Shown: positions 41,002-51,467 of the stretch, in pieces | Position numbering within the stretch: position 1 is the first letter of the stretch | Layout of the letters: every line of letters begins with the position of its first letter | Assembly (NCBI GenBank): GCA_040375445.1 | Contig: JBEISK010000001.1 | Location: 49,144 to 113,143, forward strand | Source of the DNA: Gammaproteobacteria bacterium | Lineage (GTDB): Bacteria; Cyanobacteriota; Vampirovibrionia; Vampirovibrionales; JAJTHC01 | DNA: 64,000 nt | Direction of reading: 5' to 3' | Made by a program: the position numbers and the translations under genes | Notes under the pieces: model-generated | What the model was told of the DNA's origin: nothing | The model's database searches: none | Seen by the model: only the letters and a program-made list of their open reading frames with translations

Positions 41002-42228
41002 ATGTTTTTTGAAGGCAAGCACATTGTTTTAGGCGTTTGCGGAGGCATTGCCGCTTATAAAAGTGGCGATTTGATTCGTGAACTCCAACGCAAGGGAGCC
41101 TCAGGCGTGCATCCCATTCTTTCGCAAGACGCCCCCCACTTCATCACCGCCTTGACGCTGTCTAGCCTAAGCAAGTACCCTGCCACAAGCGAGCATCACG
41201 CCGTGGATGCTCAAGGCGTTCCCCTGCATATTAGTTTAGCTCAATGGGGCGACGTACTCCTCATTTACCCCGCCACGGCTAATCTTATTGCTCAACTGGC
41301 TCAAGGCTTAACGGGCGATTTAGTGACGGCAAGCGCCTTGTGCTTCTACGAAAAGCCGATTGTCCTGAGTCCTGCCATGAATACCCGTATGTGGGAACAC
41401 CCCTTGACCCAACGTAATTTAGCCACCTTGGCAAGCTTGCCCAACGTGCATCTCGTGCCACCCACCGAAGGCTTACTCGCCTGTGGCGAAACAGGGGCAG
41501 GGCATCTCGCCCCTGATGAGTGGACGCTTTTAACGCTTTACCGAGCCGTGCATCCTCATAATAGACGCCTCGCAGGCAAAAAAATACTCATCACCGCAGG
41601 AGGCACGCAAGAAGCTTTGGATCCTGCACGCATTTTGACCAATAAATCCAGCGGTAAAATGGGGCTGGCCCTTGCCGATGAAGCCTACGCCATGGGGGCA
41701 GAGCTCACCTTAATTACGGCTAATGAACAACACTTAGGCCTGCGTCCGTTCCCCACGATTTTGGCGAAAGATGTTGAATCGATGAAAAACGCTGTTTTAG
41801 AACAGTTTCCTTCACACGATTGGCTACTAAAAGCGGCAGCCGTGAGTGATTTTAAGCCCGTTCAGCCTCAAGGCTCTAAAATTAAAAAGCACGCCAACGC
41901 CACCCCCTATGTGCTAGAACTAGAAGCCACGGTAGATATTTTAAAAACGGCGTGTGATCAAAAACAGTCGCATCAAAAGGTGTTGGGCTTTGCCGCTGAA
42001 AGTGAAACAGGGGATTTACAGCCTCTTTACGACAAGCTGCAGCGCAAGGGGGCTGATGCCTTAGCCGTGAACAACATCAACCGAAGCGATATTGCCTTTC
42101 ATAGTGAAGAGAATGAAGTCCAATTGCTTTTTGCACAAGACACGCCCGCCCCTGTATTCATTGAAAAAGCGGGGAAAGACGTGGTGGCTCGTCACTTGCT
42201 CGCTCAGCTCGCAGACGTCTGGCCTTAG
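41002..42228 (+). CDS. coaBC: bifunctional phosphopantothenoylcysteine decarboxylase / phosphopantothenate-cysteine ligase
   Basis: N-terminal flavoprotein motif KHIVLGVCGGIAAYKS. C-terminal CoaB domain (ILITAGGTQEALDPARILTNKSSGKMG). Confidence 0.9.
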   Translation: MFFEGKHIVLGVCGGIAAYKSGDLIRELQRKGASGVHPILSQDAPHFITALTLSSLSKYPATSEHHAVDAQGVPLHISLAQWGDVLLIYPATANLIAQLAQGLTGDLVTASALCFYEKPIVLSPAMNTRMWEHPLTQRNLATLASLPNVHLVPPTEGLLACGETGAGHLAPDEWTLLTLYRAVHPHNRRLAGKKILITAGGTQEALDPARILTNKSSGKMGLALADEAYAMGAELTLITANEQHLGLRPFPTILAKDVESMKNAVLEQFPSHDWLLKAAAVSDFKPVQPQGSKIKKHANATPYVLELEATVDILKTACDQKQSHQKVLGFAAESETGDLQPLYDKLQRKGADALAVNNINRSDIAFHSEENEVQLLFAQDTPAPVFIEKAGKDVVARHLLAQLADVWP

Positions 42229-43718
42229 ACGATTTGAGGGGTCTGCCGTAAAAATGTTTCGGGCTTAGGCGATTCGTAATAAGGAGTAGGGATTTTTTGG
42301 GCAGGAGCATCTGTATGCCCTTTAGGGGAAGGACTTTCCTTCGATGTACTGGAGGAATGTCCTTCAGGGGGGGCACTGGCCGGAGAAGAGCCCCCTCCGC
42401 CGCCAAAAGTAATCGAAGGGAGTCTGGCGCCTGAATGCCCTAATTCAAAAAAGCTTCCTACAGCAACCGCAATAATGCCTCCAAAAATACCCCAGCCCAG
42501 TAATCGGTCAGGAGAAGGAATGTATCTTAAGAACTTGCTAATGGTGTCTTTCTTTTTCATACTCATGACTTCATGGGGATCAATGCCAAAGGGAAGTAGG
42601 TTTGATAATTTATGAGTGGACTTTCCTAAAGTCGGCTGTGGCAGTGGAGCCTTCAACTGCACATCCCCTTCTATAGATCCTCCTCCTGTTACGTCGCACC
42701 AAATACGCCCAATTAATCTTGTAAGAGACCATGTAGAAATACTTTGTTTCGCCCTGTTCGCTTTATATCCTAAATCTATAGACGGCTTATCTACAATTTT
42801 TGTTTCTATTTCTTGAAACCTCACTTCACCTGAATGGTCTTGCACAGCTTGATAAACTCGACAAATTCTTTGTCCATTTTCATTTGTTTTAATCTGCAAC
42901 GGTTGACCGGGACCTGCTTTCGCTCTGTAAAAGGTGTTATCGGCATCTCTAAACTTCACATCAAGGTATTTGGAACCATTTTCTGTATGTTTTGGGTCAA
43001 TTTCTGCGACTTCAGTAAAACCACTAAATAAATACCCCATAAAACCTGGTTTATTCGACTTCATGACAAGCAAACGATCTAAAGGACTCGCTTGATGCCC
43101 TTCTCCTCCAAAGAAACCTGCGGGATTGGTTGTTTTACTTTTTTTGTGCATGACTTTGTAATAGTACCCATCCTCGCTTCTTCCTTGAAGAATCTGGCCG
43201 GGAACAAGCTCCCCAGTAGTATTTTCAGAGTGACGGATCTTCTGAAAATGCAATAACGCGGTAATGAGGGCCCCTAAGCTAAAACCTTCGCTAAAGTGGC
43301 CCATTAAGTTCAGCGTACTGCCCTGTAAAAACTGAATGGTCGACTCGTCTTTTTCGTTCAAAAAGACTTGCGACATCAATCGATTTAAAATAGGATCCTT
43401 TTCTACACGAGCCAGCTCATCGTCTTTTTTGCCGTCTTTTTCTTCCGTCTGTTCGTTGCTTCCCTTTTTACGTTGACTGCTCAACGCTAAAGATGCTTTC
43501 GCCGCATTGCTAAAATCGTTATGAGCTTCTTCATGTCCTCCGCCATGTTCGCCGTGTTCCCCACCATAACCATGTGTTGCCACACTTTTTGTAAGAGCGG
43601 CATGCGTCATGCCTTCAGCATCCCCATTGCGTTGTGTGGATTGCATATTTGCCATATAAGGGCGTGAAAACGCCTGAGAGAAGGAAAGCATCAAAAAAAA
43701 TCCTTTCAAAACACACAA
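42225..43718 (-). CDS. hypothetical protein with a His/Gly-rich N-region, a GxSxG nucleophile-elbow-like motif, a C-terminal TM helix and a Gly/Ser/Pro-rich tail (candidate secreted/membrane lipase-like protein)
   Basis: HGYGGEHGEHGGGHEEAH, then LMGHFSEGFSLGALITALL (GFSLG = GxSxG), then LLGWGIFGGIIAVAVGSFF (TM), then GGGGGSSPASAPPEGHSSSTSKESPSP. AT-rich promoter region upstream (43719-43855). Confidence 0.5.
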   Translation of the reverse strand: MCVLKGFFLMLSFSQAFSRPYMANMQSTQRNGDAEGMTHAALTKSVATHGYGGEHGEHGGGHEEAHNDFSNAAKASLALSSQRKKGSNEQTEEKDGKKDDELARVEKDPILNRLMSQVFLNEKDESTIQFLQGSTLNLMGHFSEGFSLGALITALLHFQKIRHSENTTGELVPGQILQGRSEDGYYYKVMHKKSKTTNPAGFFGGEGHQASPLDRLLVMKSNKPGFMGYLFSGFTEVAEIDPKHTENGSKYLDVKFRDADNTFYRAKAGPGQPLQIKTNENGQRICRVYQAVQDHSGEVRFQEIETKIVDKPSIDLGYKANRAKQSISTWSLTRLIGRIWCDVTGGGSIEGDVQLKAPLPQPTLGKSTHKLSNLLPFGIDPHEVMSMKKKDTISKFLRYIPSPDRLLGWGIFGGIIAVAVGSFFELGHSGARLPSITFGGGGGSSPASAPPEGHSSSTSKESPSPKGHTDAPAQKIPTPYYESPKPETFLRQTPQIV

Positions 43719-43855
43719 AATAGGAGAGAGTTACTGCATTGTAAATAATAAAATAGTTCAATACTTACTATTAGTTTATTTCTACACATCATGCAAGCAT
43801 AAAAACAAAGCGACTCACTTTTGTGCTAGTTCATAAGCAACGTATGGTGAATTAT

Positions 43856-45115
43856 TTAAGATGAAATGAAGTCACTCATCTTATTCTCATCTTCCATGCC
43901 TGTCAACACCAACATCGCATATTGACCCGCTTCCCCTTCCGAATCCAAGTCTTGGGCATGCTTAAAATGCCGTTTCGCCATATCAGGCTTGTTCAACTGC
44001 AAGGCACACGTGGCGATATTATTATGACACCATGGATCCGACGGTTCCAACAACAATTGTAATTGATATTGAGCCAATGCCTTGTCCCACAAATTTTGGC
44101 AAGAATACAGACGAGCCAGTGCATGATACACCCTGGTGTCACTAGGCGAATAATTCAAGACGTCCTTCAAATAGCTTTCCGCCTTTTTCTCAAGCCCCAA
44201 TTCTTCATAAGCATGCGTAATATTCATATACGCCAAGACATGGGTAGGATCAGCTTCTATGGACGCTTGCCAATGCTCAAGCGCCGTTTCTCTATCTCCA
44301 CTTAAGGCGACACAACTGCCGAGTTCATTCAAAATATGCCCCCGCATCCGCTTGGGGAAAATAGGACGCTGCAACGCTTTTTCCAACGCCTGAGCCGCTT
44401 CAATATACTTACGATTAAGCTTGAGCTGACGCCCCAGCAAAAGGTGAATCAACGCGTTTTGAGGAAACGCTTGTGCCAACCTATGATATTCTTCCGCACG
44501 CTTACTGGCAGTGGGTAAGTTTTCAACGGCCGCAAACTGTACAAGGGCATCATAGGGTGTGTCTAAATGAAACTCAGAGAGACTCGCCATTTTAGGAGCC
44601 GCATGTTCAGGCTTCATAAAGGCGATCAAGTGAAGCGAAATATTTTGCATCAATTCTTCAAGCATCCACGTAATGGGGGCAAAATCGTTAAGGCGATTAC
44701 GATGCGGTTCAAAATACGCCAAATCTAAGGTATGATTTAACGCCCACGCTTGTGTAACGGTATCAAATAAGAGTATCTGGACTTTAACGCCTAAGAGTTC
44801 GCCTTCGACTTGAGGATTTTCAATCACGCTGGCATGACCACTTAACAAAAACCGAGCTTGGTACATGGTAGAAACATCTTTTAAAAATGAAATCCCCGTT
44901 TCGCCGAGTTGATTGAGGGGTGAGCTACTTTCCCAACGCCCCTGTAAGGTACGAGTCAAATTTTTCACCAAGCTGGCTTGAGCAGGATTTTGCCAAACGC
45001 TACAATACTGTGCCAACAAAAATTGAAGCACTTCTACAAAATCGCTTAAAAAGGGGTACGTCGATTCACGCGTCCATGGGAGTAGTAAAAGATGTTCAAG
45101 ATCTCTCTGCAACAT
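43856..45115 (-). CDS. TPR-repeat protein (C-terminal TPR array)
   Basis: C-terminal half holds successive about-34-aa repeats (AYMNITHAYEELGL, VYHALARLYSCQNLWDKALAQY, ...). Confidence 0.7.
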   Translation of the reverse strand: MLQRDLEHLLLLPWTRESTYPFLSDFVEVLQFLLAQYCSVWQNPAQASLVKNLTRTLQGRWESSSPLNQLGETGISFLKDVSTMYQARFLLSGHASVIENPQVEGELLGVKVQILLFDTVTQAWALNHTLDLAYFEPHRNRLNDFAPITWMLEELMQNISLHLIAFMKPEHAAPKMASLSEFHLDTPYDALVQFAAVENLPTASKRAEEYHRLAQAFPQNALIHLLLGRQLKLNRKYIEAAQALEKALQRPIFPKRMRGHILNELGSCVALSGDRETALEHWQASIEADPTHVLAYMNITHAYEELGLEKKAESYLKDVLNYSPSDTRVYHALARLYSCQNLWDKALAQYQLQLLLEPSDPWCHNNIATCALQLNKPDMAKRHFKHAQDLDSEGEAGQYAMLVLTGMEDENKMSDFISS

Positions 45116-45286
45116 AAGATTCCATTCTTTATAGACGTCTGTTTAAAAAAACTAAACACGACTATACGTTAAAGACTTTATTCTATTGTGACAAAAAAGC
45201 AAAATCCTTGTTTACTTTTTTAACAAGTTTAGGTTAATTGACGTATAATGAACCATATACACTTGCCATTTAAAGGACTAGCCATC

Positions 45287-46363
45287 ATGCCTCAACTGAA
45301 TTTTTCCATGCCCACACGCCCACTCGGACGCACCGATGTTCAGCTCCCCCTCATCTGTTTGGGTACCATGACATGGGGGGAGCAAAACAGTCAAAGTGAT
45401 GCCTTTGCTCAAATGGATCTTGCCCTTGAACTCGGTGTGCATTTTTGGGATACCGCTGAAGTTTACGCCGTTCCCATTCGTGCCGAAACATCAGGACTCA
45501 CCGAAACTTATATCGGCAATTATTTTGCCTCTCGAAACGTACGGGATGAGGTCTTTTTAGCCACGAAAATATCAGGGCCGAGTGAACGCTTTGAATGGAT
45601 TCGAAACGGCAAACTCGATTTTAGTGCAAGCAGTCTTAAGCGTGCGGTGGAAGGCAGTCTTAAACGCCTGCAAACCGACCGTATTGATCTCTACCAGGTC
45701 CACTGGCCCGATCGTGCCGTGCCTATTTTCGGACAACGAGAATACGTCCATGCTGAAATGCCTGAAACGTCTCAGGTATTAGACCGGTTTTTAGAAACCC
45801 TTCATGCCTTGGATGAACTCATCCAAGAAGGTAAAATCTTGCACGTGGGACTTTCTAACGAAACACCATGGGGGACGATGCAATATCTCAATTTGGCTAA
45901 ACAGCATGACTTGCCTCGTATGGTCTCCATTCAAAATTGCTATAATCTATTGAACCGCACCCAAGAAGTGGGCTTAACGGAAGTGATGCACCGTGAAGAC
46001 ATTGGACTATTGGCGTATTCCCCCTTGGCAATGGGGATTTTGAGTGGAAAATATCTCCATCACCAGCACCCTAAAGGCAGTCGCATGGAGCTGTTTGGTG
46101 AGTACTTTGCTCGTTATACGACCCCTACAGCCCAAAACGCCGTCCAACGTTATGCGGATTTAGCTCACGCCCATGGCTTGACCCCAACCCAATTGGCGTT
46201 GGCGTTTGTGAATCATCAGCCCTTTGTTACCAGTAATATCATTGGGGCAACGACGCTTGAGCAGCTGGAAGAAAACATCCGCAGTGTGGAAGTAACGTTA
46301 ACGTCGGAAATCTTGGAAGAAATCAACGCCCTTCATGAAGATTTACCAAATCCCTGCCCTTAA
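45287..46363 (+). CDS. aldo/keto reductase (Tas-like)
   Basis: LGTMTWGEQNS, IDLYQVHWPD, LSNETPWG. Start taken at ATG 45287, preceded by AAGGA. Confidence 0.85.
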   Translation: MPQLNFSMPTRPLGRTDVQLPLICLGTMTWGEQNSQSDAFAQMDLALELGVHFWDTAEVYAVPIRAETSGLTETYIGNYFASRNVRDEVFLATKISGPSERFEWIRNGKLDFSASSLKRAVEGSLKRLQTDRIDLYQVHWPDRAVPIFGQREYVHAEMPETSQVLDRFLETLHALDELIQEGKILHVGLSNETPWGTMQYLNLAKQHDLPRMVSIQNCYNLLNRTQEVGLTEVMHREDIGLLAYSPLAMGILSGKYLHHQHPKGSRMELFGEYFARYTTPTAQNAVQRYADLAHAHGLTPTQLALAFVNHQPFVTSNIIGATTLEQLEENIRSVEVTLTSEILEEINALHEDLPNPCP

Positions 46364-46417
46364 GTTGTAGCGATTAAGTCAAGGCAAATAAAGCAGATGG
46401 TCTCCAAGCACTAAAAA

Positions 46418-46444
46418 ACAGGGAACGCTGGTAGCGTTCCCTGT
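46418..46444. terminator. bidirectional terminator hairpin between convergent AKR and ahpC genes
   Basis: ACAGGGAACGC-tggta-GCGTTCCCTGT, a perfect 11-bp stem flanked by an A-run and T-run. Confidence 0.65.
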
Positions 46445-46465
46445 GAAGTCTTGCGAGCCAGTAGC

Positions 46466-46987
46466 TTACAAGGTCGCTTGACCAGGTTTCCAGTTCACAG
46501 GGCAGTTGGCGCCTGTTTGGAAAGCCTGCACCGTGCGGATGATTTCATCCACATTGCGACCCACGGAAAGATCGTTCACCGTGTAGCTACGCACCGTTTG
46601 CTCAGGATCGATAATGAACACGCCACGGAAGCTAATGCCCTTGGCTTCATTTAAGACGCTGTAATCACGAGAAATCGCATGCGTAATATCGCTAAACAAC
46701 GGATAATTTACCGCACCTAGTGAAGATTCAGACCACGCCTTGTGACTGTAAACGCTGTCCACCGAACCGCCCAACACTTGAACATTCAATTTAGCGAACT
46801 CGGCAACCGCTTCGCTGAAGCTGATGATTTCGGTAGGGCAAACAAAGGTGAAATCTAATGGGTAGAAAAATAAAACGACCCACTTACCTGCTTTGGTATA
46901 CTCACTCAAGGTGACTTCGGTAATTTGACCGTTGGCATACGCACCTGTTTTGAAATCAGGGGCTTTTTGTCCGATTTGTAAAGACAT
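46466..46987 (-). CDS. ahpC: peroxiredoxin, typical 2-Cys AhpC/TSA type
   Basis: FTFVCPTEI peroxidatic-Cys motif and C-terminal resolving Cys in ANCPVNWKPGQATL. Confidence 0.9.
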   Translation of the reverse strand: MSLQIGQKAPDFKTGAYANGQITEVTLSEYTKAGKWVVLFFYPLDFTFVCPTEIISFSEAVAEFAKLNVQVLGGSVDSVYSHKAWSESSLGAVNYPLFSDITHAISRDYSVLNEAKGISFRGVFIIDPEQTVRSYTVNDLSVGRNVDEIIRTVQAFQTGANCPVNWKPGQATL

Positions 46988-47158
46988 GAGGTGTCCTTTC
47001 TAGTTAAAAACGTGAACAACAAATTTAAACACTACTAACATGCCTTATTATAAACGGCTCTTTTAGATTAAACAAGTCTTTTTAAGAAGCCCTTGTATTT
47101 CTTGCTTTAAGGCATATACTAAGCGTATTCTTCTTAATCTTTTAGGAGTCCAAACCTC

Positions 47159-49057
47159 ATGTGTGGAATCGTTGGTTACTTAGGGTACAGAGCCATTGCT
47201 CCCTTATTGGTGGGGAGTCTTCGTACATTGGAATATCGGGGTTATGACTCGTCAGGCATTGCCGTTTACAATAACGGCACGCAAAGCATTAACATTTATA
47301 AGGCCACAGGCAAACTACAAAACCTTGTGGATGTTCTGCCTGCGGACTTGCTCATCGAACCGCACACGAAAAACCTGCAAGTGGGCATTGGGCATATTCG
47401 CTGGGCAACGCACGGTGCGCCCACCGTTGAAAATGCACACCCTCACCATGGGCATCATGGCGAAGTGGTCTTGGTGCATAACGGGATCATCGAAAACTTT
47501 GCCGAACTCAAGCAAGTGCTGCAAGCCAAAGGATACGTCTTCAATTCGCAGACGGACACCGAAACCGTCGCCCATTTGCTGGAAGATATTTTAAAATCGC
47601 ACCATAACGATTTCTTGCCTGCGGTGGCGGAACTTCGTCGTCAACTGCACGGAGCCTATGCCTTGACCATGATGCACAAGCAAGCCCCTGGTAAATTGTA
47701 TGTTGCTCGTCAACAGGCTCCGCTAGTCATTGGCGTGGGGAATCAAGGGGAATATTGGGTGGCTAGTGATGTCGTGGCATTGGTGTCTTACACAAACCAG
47801 ATCATCTACTTAGAAGACGGTCAATATGCGGAACTCTCTGAAGAAGGGGGCGTCAAGCTTTTCGGAGCCGACAACACTCCTGTTGAAGTCAAAATCCACA
47901 CCATTCAAACAGGACCGCTCACCATTGACAAAAAGGGCTACAAGCACTTTATGTTGAAAGAAATCTATGAACAGCCTGATGTCGTGCGTAACGCCTTGCT
48001 AGAACGCATCACCAGTGATAACAGCCCTGTGTTCATCGCCAACGACACGCCCATTTCGGATAAAGAAGCCACCTCGATCGCAAGCCTGACGCAAGATGTG
48101 GATCGGGTGATTATTATCGGGTGTGGAACGTCTTACAATGCAGGTATGGTGGCGAAATACCTGATTGAAGAACTGGTGCGGATGCCTGTTGAAGTCGAAG
48201 CCGCTGGGGAATATCGTTACCGCAACCCTGTGTTGAACGATCGTTGCTTGGTGATTGCCATTTCGCAAAGTGGCGAAACCGCCGACACCCTAGAAGCCCT
48301 ACGTTTAGCGATTCGCAGTGGTGCCAAAACCATTGCCCTCACCAATCGTCCTGATTCGACCATGGCTCGTGAAGTCGGTGGTGTCATTAACGTGCGAGCA
48401 GGCGTGGAAGTCAGTGTTTGTGCGACGAAAAGCTTTGTGGCTCAAATTGTCGCCTTGTATTTATTGGGCATGATGATGTGTGAACATCGAGCGGTGACTG
48501 AAAAGCTCGCCGAATTGCCCGCCCTTAAGAAAGCCTTGCTCACCTTGCCTGTTTTGATGGAAGCCTTTTTGTCTAATGTAGAGCCTCTACAGAAATTGGC
48601 TCGTAAATATGGACATTACACCAGTATGCTCTTCATCGCACGAGGCGTTTGCTTCCCTGCGGCGTTGGAAGGGGCATTGAAGCTCAAGGAAATCAGCTAC
48701 ATTCACGCCGAAGGCTATTCAGGTGCCGAACTCAAGCACGGACCGATTGCCTTATTGGATGAATCCATGCCTGTGGTGTCTTTACTTTCAGACGGTTTGG
48801 TCTTCGACAAAATGCTCTCCAACTGCCAAGAAGCCAAGGCTCGTTCGGCTCAAATGATTGCGGTGACCAATAAATCAATTCCGCACGGCTATGAAAATAC
48901 CTTTGACGATATTATCAGTTACCCTGCCTGCCATGAGTGGGTGGCTCCCTTGTTGGGATCGATTCCCTTGCAGCTCTTGTCCTATTACACCGCGGAGTTC
49001 TTGGGTAAAGATGTCGATCAGCCTCGTAATTTAGCCAAGAGCGTGACCGTTGAGTAA
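47159..49057 (+). CDS. glmS: glutamine--fructose-6-phosphate aminotransferase
   Basis: MCGIVGY N-terminal nucleophile. Two SIS domains (GCGTSYNAG, SQSGETADT). C-terminal ...KSVTVE. Confidence 0.95.
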   Translation: MCGIVGYLGYRAIAPLLVGSLRTLEYRGYDSSGIAVYNNGTQSINIYKATGKLQNLVDVLPADLLIEPHTKNLQVGIGHIRWATHGAPTVENAHPHHGHHGEVVLVHNGIIENFAELKQVLQAKGYVFNSQTDTETVAHLLEDILKSHHNDFLPAVAELRRQLHGAYALTMMHKQAPGKLYVARQQAPLVIGVGNQGEYWVASDVVALVSYTNQIIYLEDGQYAELSEEGGVKLFGADNTPVEVKIHTIQTGPLTIDKKGYKHFMLKEIYEQPDVVRNALLERITSDNSPVFIANDTPISDKEATSIASLTQDVDRVIIIGCGTSYNAGMVAKYLIEELVRMPVEVEAAGEYRYRNPVLNDRCLVIAISQSGETADTLEALRLAIRSGAKTIALTNRPDSTMAREVGGVINVRAGVEVSVCATKSFVAQIVALYLLGMMMCEHRAVTEKLAELPALKKALLTLPVLMEAFLSNVEPLQKLARKYGHYTSMLFIARGVCFPAALEGALKLKEISYIHAEGYSGAELKHGPIALLDESMPVVSLLSDGLVFDKMLSNCQEAKARSAQMIAVTNKSIPHGYENTFDDIISYPACHEWVAPLLGSIPLQLLSYYTAEFLGKDVDQPRNLAKSVTVE

Positions 49058-49277
49058 ATAATGTGTTTTGTACCTTCTTAGACAATTTTAGGAAAAATCA
49101 CCATGCCCGCTTTAGTCCAAAAGGTGTCAAGTACCTCGGTTATTTTAGAAAATTTGTCCGATTATTCGGTGGGGGCTTTAGAAGTTGCCATTAAAGCACG
49201 TCTGCCTCACGGATGCACCCTCTTACGCTGGGCAATTGTCGGTAAAAATAACCAAACCCTTCAGGTGGATTGTAGCT

Positions 49278-49811
49278 ATGGCACTGATTAAAGCCTTCAA
49301 CGGCAAGACACCGCAGATTCATCCCGAAGTCGCTTTTATCGCTGAAAATGCTGTACTCATTGGAGATGTCACCATTGACGCAGGGGCGAGCATTTGGTAT
49401 GGATGCGTCTTGCGTGGGGATGTCGCCCCCATCGTGGTGGGCGCTTACTCTAACATACAAGACAACAGTGTGATTCATGTCGCCAGCAAAGCCCTCAACG
49501 GCGAAGCGAAAGGCACCTATGTGGGTGCCTATTGCACCGTCGGGCATATGGCAATCTTGCACGCTTGTACGATTGAAGATGAAAGTTTTGTCGGTATGCA
49601 GTCCTGCGTGATGGACGGTGTGATTGTGCCTAGTTATACCATGATTGGGGCAGGAAGTTTGGTGTCAGGGCATCAAACCCTTGAGGCAGGGGGGCTTTAC
49701 GTGGGGCGTCCTGCGAAATACAGGCGAGCCTTGAGTGAAGAAGAGCGGGTCTTTATGAAGGCATCCGCCTTGCATTATGTGAAACTCGGCAAGGGGCATT
49801 GTCAAAATTGA
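49278..49811 (+). CDS. gamma-carbonic-anhydrase-like hexapeptide-repeat protein (YrdA/PaaY family)
   Basis: Left-handed beta-helix hexapeptide repeats (IGDVTIDAGASIWYGCVLRGDVAPIVVGAYSNIQDNSVIHV). The upstream 62-aa ORF 49103-49291 overlaps the start. Confidence 0.75.
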   Translation: MALIKAFNGKTPQIHPEVAFIAENAVLIGDVTIDAGASIWYGCVLRGDVAPIVVGAYSNIQDNSVIHVASKALNGEAKGTYVGAYCTVGHMAILHACTIEDESFVGMQSCVMDGVIVPSYTMIGAGSLVSGHQTLEAGGLYVGRPAKYRRALSEEERVFMKASALHYVKLGKGHCQN

Positions 49812-49920
49812 CGATATTATTTGGCATTATCTAGCAAGTGGATGAAATCGTTCAAATAAGTACTGCTAAAAAGTAAAAAACAATGCTATAATGAGGTCAT
49901 AGTCTTAGTAATACCTTTTC

Positions 49921-50040
49921 AGGAATGAAAGATCGTGTTAGGAGCTTCTAGGAGCCTATATTTTTTTGTGCGGGCGTGTGGAAAGACCTACATAACCAAA
50001 CAAAAAAATCGTAGCGACAACGAAGATACAACACGAGGTT
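49921..50040. repeat. dispersed intergenic repeat (copy B)
   Basis: taggagcctat...gcgggcgtgtggaaagacctacataaccaaacaaaaaaatcgtagcgacaacgaaga, matching 18881-18990. Confidence 0.6.
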
Positions 50041-50081
50041 TTATTCTTGGAATGGTATAATGATATAAGGACATCTACCCT

Positions 50082-51467
50082 ATGATGGCACCTGCTGCTC
50101 CAACGCTTGAAGCCTTTTCCCTGCCGTACATTCCCCAAAAGGCAGTCAAGCATACCTTTAAAAATGGGCATACCCTCGTTTTTGTACAACGCAGTGGTGC
50201 GGTGTTCAACATTAGCTCATGGGTCAAAACAGGCTCTATGAATGAAGATGAGCAAAACAACGGCGTCTCTCATTTCCTAGAACACCTCATGTTCAAAGGC
50301 ACGCCTCGCTTTGGAGCAGGCGTCTTCGACAAGAAAATGGAAAGCATGGGCGCCTTAATCAACGCCGCCACATGGAAGGACTTCACCTTTTACCATGTGA
50401 CTGGACCCAACACCCAATTTAACGAATTTGACACGGTCGTCGATATGCACGCCGATATGATCTTACATTCCGATTTGCCTGATTCTGAAATCGGTGAAGC
50501 CTACGATCCTGATAAAGGCGAAACGCCTGAACTCAAGCGTGAACGTGGTGTCGTCATTGAAGAAATCGGCTTGTATGAAGACCGTCCATGGTCTCGGGTT
50601 TACAACTTGGTGAACGAGATTATGTACGACGAATCGCATCCGTACCGTCGTGAAGTGATTGGGACTCGTCACATTGTCGGCACGATTTCTCGTGACGCGA
50701 TTTTGTCCTATTACCGCCGTTGGTACACGCCTGAAAACATCACCACCCTTGTGGTCGGTGATTTTGAATGGGATGCCTTAAAAGAAAAAGTCGAAAAAGC
50801 CTTTAATTTTGCCGATCGCCCTGACGCCAAAGATATTCTAAAAAGCTATAAAGAACCTGCTAAAGTCGAAAGCTTTGTGGGTAAAATTGGTCAAGGTGAA
50901 CGCTACATCGAACAGAAGTCCGAGTTTACGACTCGTTTTGTGACGCTTGGTTTTCACGGGCCTTTAGCCAGTGACTTAAAAGCCACGCTCGCCTTAGATG
51001 TCGCCAGCACCGTGCTTGGCGAAAGTAGAGCCAGTCGCTTCAATCAAAAATTGGTTGAAACACAGACTCCATCGGCTTTTAACACCATTAGCACCGCTCA
51101 ATATGCCTTAAAAATCGGTAATGTCTTTTACATTATGGCGAATTACAATGCCGCCCATAATGAAGCCGCTTTAGCCGAAATCACCGCTATTTTAGACGCC
51201 TTCACGGGTGAAGAGCCGATCACCGAAGAAGAGTTTGCTCGCACCGTGAAAAAAATGAAAGTCGACTTTGCTCGTGGGTTTGAAACCTGCTCAGGCATTG
51301 CCGATGCTCTAGGTGATGCTTTGACCGTCACAGGTAGTGTTGAAGCCGTCACTGGCACGCTTGAACGGCTCGAATCCTTGACCCGTCAGGATGTGATTGA
51401 TGCCGTAAACACCTACTTAAAACCTTCGTTAGCCTACACAGCCGTATTGGTACCTCAAAATGACTAA
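50082..51467 (+). CDS. M16-family zinc peptidase (active subunit, HxxEH)
   Basis: HFLEHLMFKGT inverted zinc-binding motif. 461 aa. Confidence 0.85.
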   Translation: MMAPAAPTLEAFSLPYIPQKAVKHTFKNGHTLVFVQRSGAVFNISSWVKTGSMNEDEQNNGVSHFLEHLMFKGTPRFGAGVFDKKMESMGALINAATWKDFTFYHVTGPNTQFNEFDTVVDMHADMILHSDLPDSEIGEAYDPDKGETPELKRERGVVIEEIGLYEDRPWSRVYNLVNEIMYDESHPYRREVIGTRHIVGTISRDAILSYYRRWYTPENITTLVVGDFEWDALKEKVEKAFNFADRPDAKDILKSYKEPAKVESFVGKIGQGERYIEQKSEFTTRFVTLGFHGPLASDLKATLALDVASTVLGESRASRFNQKLVETQTPSAFNTISTAQYALKIGNVFYIMANYNAAHNEAALAEITAILDAFTGEEPITEEEFARTVKKMKVDFARGFETCSGIADALGDALTVTGSVEAVTGTLERLESLTRQDVIDAVNTYLKPSLAYTAVLVPQND

